DNA from: Neoechinorhynchus agilis
Taxonomy: Eukaryota > Animalia > Acanthocephala
Direction of reading: 5' to 3'
DNA: 24,744 nt
Assembly: GCA_051530055.1 (NCBI GenBank)
Contig: JBMGUZ010000039.1
Coordinates: 1 to 24,744 of the forward strand
Of the stretch, positions 11,879 through 22,642 are shown one piece after another; within the stretch, counting starts at the first letter, position 1; each line of letters begins with the position of its first letter. The notes under the pieces were generated by a model that searched no databases, was not told the origin of the DNA, and saw only the letters and a program-made list of their open reading frames with translations. The position numbers were made by a program, and so were the translations under genes.

Positions 11879-12881
11879 GAAAAACCTTTGGAGAATTATT
11901 GGCATTGTCTAAATCGGCAACTTCAAAACTTAAGTCGCAAAATGACTACTCTGAGCCGGATCTAAAAAACAAATCTCAATTCGAGATAAAAATCAGCGAC
12001 GTCAGAGGTTTAATAAAACGCAGATAACGAACGAAATGCGAAACAAGAAACTCTCGTATTGATGGAATGGATACATGTCGAAACGTCACGGAACCTACGA
12101 TTTATCATTAAAATTTAATGAATATATAAGTCTATTTTTTGAAGTCAGGTTTTACCGGTTACATTTATTCTGTGTCAGAGTTTTGACTTTTTTTTAAGCA
12201 TTGAGTACACATCCCACCATTATGGTTTAAGGAATATCATAAGATCACTTAAAGCCCTCACGGAATAATGACATAGGTGAGAAATCGGTAGTTGGTCATT
12301 GATGCGATTGGTCAATTGAGTTCAGTACCGAGAATCCGGGGTAATGCGAGGTGCTTTAGAAAAGAGAACATCGTGTTGCGAATGATTAAAATAGTCAAGT
12401 AGAAGGTTAAAAAAGTATGGATTATTTTTAGAAGTGAAGCCGCCAGGGTAACTTTGCTAATTCGAGATTCCGTTGAGCGAGTTTAACACATCTTCGGGAT
12501 GTGGAACTGACGGTCTTTTGTTTATGACTCAATGAAACTCGCATAAAAAGCTAAATCAACAGTCGCAAAACATTTCAGCGGAATTTATAAACAAAATTCC
12601 GCGCAAAGTACAATTTTGGTCAATCGTCGGTTTCGTCACGATATCGAAATTGCATTCTTACGGACCTCCGTCGCCTCATTAAACTTAATTGCCCATTGAG
12701 ATTTTTTCGTATCCTGAAAACATCACGAATGATCAACCAGAGAAGAACTCGTCAGATTAAAGGGAATTTGTTGAAGAGGCGACGGCGTTGCACTATAACG
12801 AAGACTTCATAGGCGCCCACAGGATGAAAAAATTATTCAAGGGGATTTCGGTACACGACGGATCGATACCGGTTGTATTTT
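11879..12881. other. Unique central spacer (~1003 bp) of the palindrome
   Basis: No mirror symmetry between 11879 and 12881 and no recognisable gene. Contains a perfect 9-bp hairpin (gcggaattt-ataaaca-aaattccgc, 12578-12602). Confidence 0.93.
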
Positions 12882-14670
12882 TGGTCTAAAATGCCATCTT
12901 TCTGCAAGGCCCATGTTCGAATCATTGTTTCTATGCTCGCGAGCAAGGAAGACGCCAATGAATTGAATCGATCAATCCGAACATTGAAGCCGATTTGCTT
13001 TATGAAATCTGTCATCTCGCGAATCTGCATCATCTTCTCATATATTAGCCACACTGAGTACTTATTCATTGACGACGCAAAAGGCATCGATTCAATCCAA
13101 TAGATTATCTATCGGATTTTTATAAAAAAAGATCCAATCCACCAAAGACAGTTCCTTGTGTATGCGATCCATTGGTGATCCCAATCAGAAGAACCCGAAA
13201 TTGATCTGATTACGTTCAAGAGAAAATAACCCTCAAACGATCTTAGAATAGTTAATTGCGGTCAACCAGAAGCCAATTGCGCTACAAACACGTCTCTCTT
13301 TCTAGATCCGAGCAGAGATAATGGCATAGCTTTTTTTTCAGTTTGATTACAGCTAAAACTTTACTAAAGTATCGGATGTTGCCGCATTTCTCGGATGTAA
13401 GAATAAAACGTCTCAAGTGAAAAAAATCGGATACTGATTGACGGAAATTTCATCAAAACCGTCTTGAAATAAGTATAAACGGAATTATTGACCTGCAATG
13501 TTCATTGTTGAATAAGTGTAAATCAAAAAAGTCTCTCACGAGGAATGTTCAGAAGACTAAAATTATCTATTTATCACAGTCATCCATTCAAATATAAACA
13601 CAAATTAACATTTAATGAATGATTGAAGTCCGGAGTTTTTAGTAAAACTCGTCTTCTTATATCATTACGTCTTAAATATTTGATAATGTCCACTTTGTTC
13701 ATTAAAATATGTTTTAGATCCTTTGAATTTATGTATTTCATAATATATAGTAATTGCGATATTCTTACATGGAAAGATTAAAAAGTGAACATGAAATTAG
13801 CGTTAAAGCATTTTTGACGTGGGGTTGGTAACGGTTCGGGGTATGGTTATCCCACTTTTAAGTCTCTAACTGAAAAACAAGATTGTGAATTCAAATCTCT
13901 CCTCGGACATTTTACAGTTCGTACAGGAGATTTCTAGGATTGTAATCGTCTCCAGAAGTTACTGGAGATAAATCGTATTTTAAGTGTTCCACTGAAATGA
14001 GAGATAGAACGTTCATCTTTCAAGAACATCTCGAGATTTTATTGAGATCGCCTTCAGAATGATGGAATGCGGCCATTTCTTAGTCGGTATTTCCAAGTAT
14101 CGTTTCTCGCTTTCTGTGAGGAACTGACTCCTTTGCAATTAATAACTCCTTCAGTTTTGATGCAGATATAGAATCCTTAGGATGTTGGGTGGCCGTTTGC
14201 CACCCTCCTTTACAACAACCAATTAAGAAAATATCTTACCGGCATTGTTACTCAATAAAATTAAACGCTCTAATCATTATGTTACTTAAATGAACAAAAA
14301 AATCGATCACTCTAAAGACAAATTACGATTAAAATCTTTGAGATGTTAAAATTTTAAAAGTTTTTTTGTCATTACTGAGAAAAATGATGAACTTTATAGA
14401 TAGAATTTCTAATGAACCCTCGATAAGTATTTTAGTTGCTTATTTTTGGGTTCTATTGGGACAGTTTTGGTTCCAGTGTCTAAATGCGAGTTGAAATGAT
14501 CGGGAACAAACAAAAACAAATATAAATGACTCACAAAAGCACCTTGGAATGAGAGTTGACCACTTAATTTTTATAATTATGACGGATATTACGTTCGTCG
14601 TTTTAGACTGCGGTGCCAAGGTAAAAAATGGACTCCATCAAAATGAAAGGAAAATCGGGATTTTCCTTTG

Positions 14671-16467
14671 ATGAACCTAAACTCTAAAATGGGTATGAAC
14701 ATCAAAGTTTCTCAATTCCGAAAACGTTTTGATAGACATCTGAAGAAGCTCCGATTTAACACATTGAGCGGTTCTTGGTTTGAGCTTCAAAATGTAGCCG
14801 TCACTTCAAATTTGCACACTAATTTTTTGTGCCACCGTCCACGACGTCAATATGCGCACTAAACGTGACCGCTAAATACCTGCTAGTTTTTTAGTGGGCT
14901 ACGATCGTTTGTTGCCGTTTATGGATTTAGAATTCAAACAGCCACAGCGTCTAAGGAGGGTCAAGTCCGCGGACTTTCCGGAATCTCCGTACAAAGAACC
15001 AATGAGATCGATATCGATTGAACGCGATGTGCCTTTGGATATCAAGTCACATGAATGCCAATATTCCTCGGACGTGAGCAAGCATCAGAATCGGAAACAT
15101 AAAGAACGACCAATGAATGTAATCAATATACGATCGGATCCACAAAAAAGTCCCATTCCGAAGCCGGATCCCCGTTCAAAACGAAGAACACTCAGGTCTC
15201 CAAAGGCAGGTAGATTGGTTTGCGATGTTTGTGATAAATTCGGCACATATTCTGCCGATAAGTTCTATATTCACATGGCAGCACATCGAAATTTGAAACC
15301 GTTCAAGTGTTCATATTGCGGTCAACGAGCAAACTATAAGTCCGATGTACAAAAGCACATCAGAAATAGAAAAAAGTATGAAGCACATGACGGCGTTGTT
15401 CAGATTTTGCCCGAAGTTGAAGCACGAGCAACAATTGATGATTATATATTGGAAAGACATCGCCAGTCAACTCAGAGGAGACGAACACAAGTGCAAATTC
15501 AATCAACTTCATCAGCATCATTGGCCATATTATCGCAAACAGCATCGCGAGTATGTTTTCCGGCTCCAATAAAGCGATCCAATACAACTGATTGCCCGGT
15601 AATTCAAAAAATAGGCAAATCGGACAAGGCCAATTCATCAACTGAAAATAATTTCACCCGTCATTTGTATGGCTATAGATCGTATTATGGTATATTAAAG
15701 AGAATTAAAGATTTAGCTCCGATGTTCATAGGGTCTTTAGCGACGAACTTGGACTGAATCATAAATGCACGAGATGCTTTTATAGGTGCAATACTAAAAT
15801 AGATTTCCATAATCATTTCGAGGAGCACCATAATAATTTTGGTTGTGTTTTGGAAGTTCCTCAAAGTCAATCGTTAGACTACCTTATACTTCCAAGATTA
15901 ATTGCAAGAAAAACATTTTTCATGTACGAAGATACGTTTGGAAACTTGCTGGATAAACCGTTCCTTGCTGGCTTTATTGAATACAACGAGGAATCATTTG
16001 AACGAGTATTATCTAAGGTAGCCGTCAATGTTCTCAATGCAGTGAATATCGCAAAATCTTCTCCAGAATCTTCGAATGATCACATGGTTCATGCCAATAG
16101 ATGTTTATTTGACTTTCTCGAAGTGTATACTGCAAACGATCCAGTTAGAAGTGACAAGATCAAGGAAGTTAGCCAAGCACTCCAAGAAAATGCAATTAAA
16201 ATTGAAAGTTGTGATACTGCAAAGAAGGTTGCATATAGTTGCTCGTCTTGTGTCAGGTTCAGTACGTTCAACGAAGCAGAGGCCGCGACTCATTTGTTTT
16301 TGCACTTACAAAATGGAGGAATTCACTGCTCAAAATGCAATTATTCGTGCAAATTCTACAATCTGGCGATTGTTCATAACATAAAAATGCACGGAAATAA
16401 GGCGATTATGCGCTTAGTATCACAGGACAAAAATTCAAGGATCATAAAGAGAAGACAAAAGATGTAG
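14671..16467 (+). CDS. Multi-C2H2 zinc-finger protein (about 5 dispersed fingers), putative transcription factor (right-arm copy)
   Basis: Model 14671-14845, 14895-15666, 15717-16467 (introns 49 and 50 nt GT-AG; 1698 nt). Fingers: CDVC..HMAAH, linker NLKPF, CSYC..H (atypical H spacing), CTRCFYRCNTKIDFHNHFEEH (upstream of the called ORF, seen only after splicing), CSSC..HLFLH and CSKC..HNIKMH. The first exon and start are uncertain; ATG 14921 is an alternative. Confidence 0.8.
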
Positions 16468-16709
16468 AATCTATCGCAATGTTGTTTCAATAAAACGTTA
16501 TCGCTGACTTTTGTAATCAATACAAATTGATTTTTAGTTGTCATCTTTTCTACTGCGATCTTTAAAAGTGTGACCATATACTGGTATCGAAAATACTTTC
16601 TAAGCGATCATTATAACTTTTCAGCGTCCAATTTGTATTTCAAAAGTACAATATCACCCAACTCAATAACCACACGAATGAATAATCACCAAAAAATAGT
16701 TACTTAGTG

Positions 16710-18310
16710 TTTGAATTGTTGATGCATGTTTAGGGCGTAAAAAATAATAGAATTTATTAAATCCGATATTTCGGAACCTTTATCTTGCACGCGTTCATCA
16801 AGGTTTCTTGTACTCCCAAATTTAAAAACTTACAAGTAACCTTCATAAAAGCAAGATATTGTGTTTGAAGATTAAATCGTTGACGCTTGTTTATGGCGTG
16901 AAGATTAAAAGAATTTATTAAATCCGATATTTCGGTACCGTCGTAATCTTGTACGCGTTCATCAAGGTTTCTTGTACTCACAAATTTAAAAACTTACAAG
17001 CAGCCTTCATAAAAGCACGAGATTATGTTTGAAGATTGAATTGTTGATTCTTGTTTATGGCGTAAAAATTAAAAGAATTTATTAAATCCGATATTTTGGT
17101 ACCGTAATCTTGTACGCGTTCATCAAGGTTTCTTGTACTCACAAATTAGAAAACTTACAAGCAGCCTTCATGAAAGCACGAGATTGTGTTCGAAGATTGA
17201 ATTGTTGATTCTTGTTTATGGCGTAAATATTAAAAGAATTTATTAAATCCGATATTTCGGTACCGTAATCTTGGACGCGTTCATCAAGGTTTCTTGTACT
17301 CACAAATTTAAAAACTTACAAGCAACCTCGACAAAGGCACGAGATTGTGTTTGAAGATTAAATCGTTGATGATTGTTTATGGCGTGAAGATTAAAAGAAT
17401 TTATTCGATATTTCGGTAACGTAATCTTGCTCGCATTCATCAATGCTTCTTGTACTCACAAATTTGAAAACTTACAAGCAGCCTTCAAAAACACGAGATT
17501 GTGTTTGAAGATTAAATTGTTGATTCTTGTTTATGGCGTAAAAATTAAAAGAATTTATTAAATCCGATATTTCGGTACCGTAATCTTGCACGCGTTCATC
17601 AATGTTTCTTGTACTCACAAATTTAAAAACTTACAGGCAGCCTTCATAAAAGCACGAGAATGTGTTCGAAGATTGAATTGTTGATTCTTGTTCATGGCGT
17701 AAAAATTAAAAGAATTTATTAAATCCGATATTTCGGTAACGTAATCTTGCTCGCATTCATCAATGTTTCTTGTACTCACAAATTTAAAAACTTACAGGCA
17801 GCCTTCATAAAAGCACGAGAATGTGTTCGAAGATTGAATTGTTGATTCTTGTTCATGGCGTAAAAATTAAAAGAATTTATTAAATCCGATATTTCGGTAA
17901 CGTAATCTTGCTCGCATTCATCAATGTTTCTTGTACTCACAAATTTAAAAACTTACAGGCAGCCTTCATAAAAGCACGAGAATGTGTTCGAAGATTGAAT
18001 TGTTGATTCTTGTTCATGGCGTAAAAATTAAAAGAATTTATTAAATCCGATATTTCGGTAACGTAATCTTGCTCGCATTCATCAATGTTTCTTGTACTCA
18101 CAAATTTAAAAACTTACAGGCAGCCTTCATAAAAGCACGAGAATGTGTTCGAAGATTGAATTGTTGATTCTTGTTCATGGCGTAAAAATTAAAAGAATTT
18201 ATTAAATCCGATATTTCGGAACCGTAATCTTGCACGCGTTCATCAATGTTTCTTGTACTCACAAATTTGAAAACTTACAGTAACCTTGATAATAGCGCAC
18301 AAGACTGTGT
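16710..18310. repeat. Tandem array of ~161-bp units (right-arm mirror)
   Basis: Reverse complement of 6435-8035. Confidence 0.96.
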
Positions 18311-18448
18311 GCCAGAAACATTCGGATTTAGTGCATTGCTTTAATTTTTGCGCAATCTGAAACGAGAAGGTGAATGAGTATTGCGGGGACTTAATACACG
18401 GAAGAAACCTGTGTCATTATCCTCTCAAAATTTTTCTTTGAAATCACA

Positions 18449-20944
18449 ATGCCGGCAAATAAATCGCGAAGACGAAAGAGGGTGGAGAAGACCCGTCCTT
18501 CGCCTCAAGGGGGTACGTTTTAATTAATGGCATAGTTTTTTTAATATTGATTTCATCAGGTGATTGCGATAAAATACTATCGGATTGTTTTAATGTTCTC
18601 AGCCTTTGCGATAATTCGCATGCGAAGGCCCGAACGTGCACCGGAGTGTTAGCATCGAGTCCAAAAGGTCGAGATGTTCATATTAACGAGGTCTGTTTGA
18701 CATTTTACGGAAATGAAATCTTGTCAGACTCAAATTTGGAATTCAACCATGGTCGTCGATATGGACTAGTTGGTCCTAGTGGTAGCGGTAAATCATCCTT
18801 GTTGGCAGCGTTAGGAAATCGCGAATTTTGTATACCGGAACATATTGATATTTACTACCTAAGTCGTGAAATGGAAGCGTTGGATTTATCGGCTTTAGAG
18901 TGTGTAATGGAAGTGGACGTTGAACGAGTTAGACTTGAGAAGGAATCAGAGGAACTGGCTCATTGCTGTGACGAAGAATCACAGCAACGACTCATGGATA
19001 TCTTTGAAAGGCTCGAGGAGCTAAACGCCGATAAGGCGGAAGCTAGAGCAGGACGCATTCTTAGCGGTCTGGGATTCGACAAGGAAATGCAGCGTATATC
19101 ATTCTTTTGCCTCTGAAATTAGTCTTTGTAGTGTTGGAAATGCGGATTTTTTCATTGCCACTTTTATCTCAGAGGAAATTAATTGATTTTACAACTAATT
19201 TCCTCGTAGGAGGTGCCTGGAGGCTTCTCGGAAATAGAATTAGATTTCGTGTTGTTCTTGAGTTGTGGAGGGGACGGGTGAATATCCCCTGTCGCGAAAT
19301 ATTTTATTGAGATATTTCGAGCCTCATTAGTCATTGCTTGGAGGTAGAGAATTCTCTCGATGATTTCTTGTTGTGTGTCCATCGAAGCCGAGATGTTTGA
19401 CCCTCTTTTTAAGGAATCTATTTTTGGGTTTTCGGAATGGCATTTAATTCATCGAATGTTGGAGGCAAACGTGTGTGGTAAGAAATGCAAGGATTTCAGT
19501 GGTGGTTGGCGGATGCGTTTGTCCTTAGCAAGAGCTTTGTTTGTTTATCCGTCGATGCTTTTGTTGGACGAGCCAACAAATCATTTGGATTTGAACGCTT
19601 GTGTATGGCTGGAAAATGAGTTACAAAAGTATGTGGGTTTAGGACGATGACACACTCCCCTCCCCGCCACTGGTTATTTAGGTACCACCGAATTTTGGTT
19701 GTTGTATCCCACTCGCAAGATTTCTTAAATGGCGTATGTACGAATATTATACACTTAAACGATAGATCTAAGAAATTATTTTATTACACGGTACATCGAT
19801 AATTGTGTATTTCTTCTCATCAAAACGTGATTCAATTTTTAGGGAAATTACGAACAATATGTAATCACAAAATTGGAGAGTCAAGTGAATCAGATGAAAC
19901 GGTATCAAACTCAACAAGATAAGATAAAGGATCTACAAGTATGTTTTCTGCTTCGCTTTTTATTGACTTTATTTAGCATAACGAAGGACTTTATAGCGAA
20001 ATATCGCAGCGGCCAACGCGCAAAGCAAGCGACAAGTCGACTCAAGGAGGTTGAGCGAATGAAAAGTGCGGGGTTTGTTGAAAAAGTAGCAACTGATTCG
20101 GTAGGGCGCCTTGTTTTTTAATCGATTTACCATTATCGGCTTAGGTTATATCTTTTTGTTTTCCTGATCCAGACGAAATTCCTCCTCCGGTGATAATGGT
20201 GGAAGAAGTTTGCTTTAGCTATAGTCCTACATCTCCGCTCATAATTAAAGGGGTTGATTTTGGTCTCGACTTAGACTCAAGAATCGCATTAGTGGGAGCT
20301 AACGGAGTTGGTAAGAGTACTCTTCTAAAACTGATAGATGGTACGCTTGAGCCCACGTCCGGTCAGGTCAGGCGCAATAGCCGCGTTCGGATAGTCAGAT
20401 ACCATCAGGTACGCATATTTTCTCTCCTTTGTGTATGTTCATTAACGAAAATTAGCACTTGAACGAGTCACTCGATCTAAATAAGTCAGCAATCGAATAC
20501 TTGATGGAAAGTTATCCAAAAGAGACGGATATAGATGAAATTAGAAAGGCAGTTGGTAGGTTCGGACTGAGTGGGAGACAACAAACATGCCCAATGAGCA
20601 ATCTTTCTGATGGGCAACGCTGTAGAATCGTGATGGCTTGGATGGCATTTAAAGCCCCTCACATTTTACTCTTGGACGAACCAACCAATCACTTGGATAT
20701 GGACACCATTGATGCTTTGGCGACAGCTATAAACGCGTATAAAGGCGGATTGCTGCTTGTTTCTCATGACTTCAATCTGATTGGACAAGTAAGCACATAA
20801 ACCGTTAGCGAAATCTATAATTTACTTTAAAAATAGGTAGCTGACGAGATTTGGGTTTGTAAGGGAACAAAGGGAATGGAGAAATGGAAAGGGGACATAT
20901 ACTCCTATAAAAAAGCACTTTTAAGGAAAATGTCGAAAATATGA
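18449..20944 (+). CDS. ABCF2: ABC-F family translation ATPase, ABCF2/ARB1-like, 9 exons, ~590 aa (right-arm copy)
   Basis: Exons 18449-18512, 18560-19093, 19478-19628, 19682-19790, 19843-19938, 19987-20100, 20145-20408, 20456-20788 and 20837-20944 total 1773 nt with consistent phases. Two ABC domains: GPSGSGKS / FSGGWRMR / [11 protein letters not shown] / VSH and GANGVGKS / LSDGQ / [11 protein letters not shown] / VSHD. The motif TGVLAS..P...DVHI and the tail EIWVC..W.GDI..YK match my recollection of ABCF2. No TM segments. Seven introns are 44-53 nt GT-AG; the intron 2 boundary is inferred from homology and is non-canonical. Confidence 0.93.
19094..19477 (+). other. Long, highly structured, apparently non-canonical intron 2 of ABCF2 (right arm)
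   Basis: Removing 19094-19477 restores [22 protein letters not shown]. The ends are GT...TG. Several nested helices were found by eye, and read-through hits an in-frame TGA at 19114. Confidence 0.65.
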
Positions 20945-21459
20945 ATTTACTATTTTTATTTGGACTTTGGTGTTTTTTATTCGGAATGAAATTTGATCTG
21001 ATTTAATAAGTAGACCGCATGCACAATAACGACCGGTGTTCCATAAAGTCGGTTTAGTCCTGGTGGGTTTATTCGGTAGGCTTTGACATGTTATATAGTA
21101 TACATGTCGAATAAATCAACGACGAAGACGACGATGAAATGAGTAGAGAGTTTCTGATGATCGCTCACGCGTGCAGTCCGCTCCAGTCATTAAATAAGAT
21201 TAGGTGTGATAAAGAAAGACGGCTGGGCTAAACATTAATTAGTTACGGAATGTGCCACAAGGTGCACTTTCTCCGTCGAAGGGGCTCTAGGATTGCTGTT
21301 AGAATTGGCAGTCCGCGCTGCAACAAGTGCGGCATAGTTAACAACAGTATTCACCAACGATTATGACACAATCCCTAAGGGACACAGGAGATTGTCCCCT
21401 GCAAACTATCAAGAAGTAAACCGAGTCTTACCAGCTTTCCCGATTGTCCACATCCTCAC

Positions 21460-22642
21460 ATGCAACTGCACAACAACTATCGTTTGATTAACAGGGTCTG
21501 TGCTCCTGTGTTGCTGCTGCTACTGCTGCTATGGGCAAGCTGCTACCGATCTACGGCGCTCAGGTATCCGTCAATGCCGACTACCGTGAACCAGTCGTTA
21601 CGTCCGCCCGTAATCAATGAAACGACACTGTACCTTCAAAAGGGACAAAGAACCTTCTGCATGGACTGCGAATTTGTATTTGAACACGAGAATGTTGTCT
21701 GGGTGAAATTGGACACAATTGACATAATCGCTCACTGGTTGGCTATAATTAGTTTTGAATCGACGTATTCCGTCTTGCTCACCCTATTGCCCAATAAAGA
21801 TGGATCGTTCGAATCTCGTAAAACGAACCTCAAACTGTGTATTGAAAATCCGTCCGAACGGGACCTAGGATCTTACATGTGTAGAGATGATTCAAGTGTC
21901 ATGAGTATCGTTCACGTCGCTAATTATTCATCATCGACTGAACAGCTTATACCGCTCTACATACAGAACAGCTCCACGTCTCCTGTTGTTACTATTACGA
22001 CAGTACCACTCCCAACCTCCATGGACGAAAAAGGTTGAGTTTTTAAGTTGGAACTTTAGTTTCATGCTCCATCATTTCAGAACCCGTGATCAAATGCAAT
22101 CATCAAACAGTGCCAACTTGTTTCAACATCATCGTATGCAAGACTAGTGTTTCGGGTATAATCCTCTATGGAATCCTGACAAACCCAGCTAAAGTCAAAA
22201 GTCGACGACACATCAAACCCGGAAAATGGATAATTAATCAGACGCGGAACGACTTTGTATTTAATGTAAGTTCTATAATTTAACACAGCAAAAATAGACA
22301 ATATCCAATTTTAAGCTTACATCTTCTTATCCAATGCCAACTCTAAATTTCAGCGTGTTTTCCTATCATGCAGATCAGCAAATGATCTGGTCAACTAACA
22401 TCTCGGGTTTGTTGAAGTAATCTTAGCGTCTATTTCTTCGCTCGTGTGCACTAGCTTGCATAAATAACGTGAACAAAGACATAACTTTAAAAAAGATTAA
22501 ACGGCCCATGATATCCAATCATATGAACAAACGTACCAACCGACAGCATTCCGAAAGGACGATAGTAACTAATATGGCTGCAGGAATCTTCGCTCGGAAA
22601 AATCGTATCGTTTTCACTTTGACCTTATTTCTAATTTTATAA
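21460..22642 (+). CDS. Secreted or surface immunoglobulin-superfamily protein, ~345 aa, with signal peptide and hydrophobic C-terminal tail (possible GPI anchor) (right-arm copy)
   Basis: Exons 21460-22033, 22081-22265, 22316-22406 and 22455-22642 (introns 47, 50 and 48 nt GT-AG; 1038 nt, frame-consistent). N-terminal poly-Leu signal; Ig hallmarks C(EF)...VVW...LKLCI...DLGSYMC; Ser/Thr/Pro-rich linker; C-terminus RIVFTLTLFLIL*. Confidence 0.75.

Noticed and set aside
12760-12890. Faint resemblance of EFVEEATALHYNEDFIGAHRMKKL to a retroelement integrase His motif
   Set aside because: Only ~40 codons, with no Cys pair, no DDE core and no other retroelement features.
19094-19477. Group I or group II self-splicing intron
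   Set aside because: No GUGYG start, AY end or domain V motif, and no boundary choice gives both a 5'-exon U and a terminal G.
19084-19489. 8-bp direct repeat GAAATGCA flanking ABCF2 intron 2 as a TSD or IRE1-like cleavage pair
   Set aside because: The copies are 398 nt apart, so excision via them breaks the frame. They sit in different codon frames and do not match the CNG/CNG loop consensus.
21120-21230. Hammerhead ribozyme or C/D snoRNA around CTGATGA
   Set aside because: No stem II closing onto GAAA, no stem I, and no well-placed D box with a terminal stem.
21510-21530. CTG/CTA microsatellite
   Set aside because: It simply encodes the poly-Leu core of the signal peptide.
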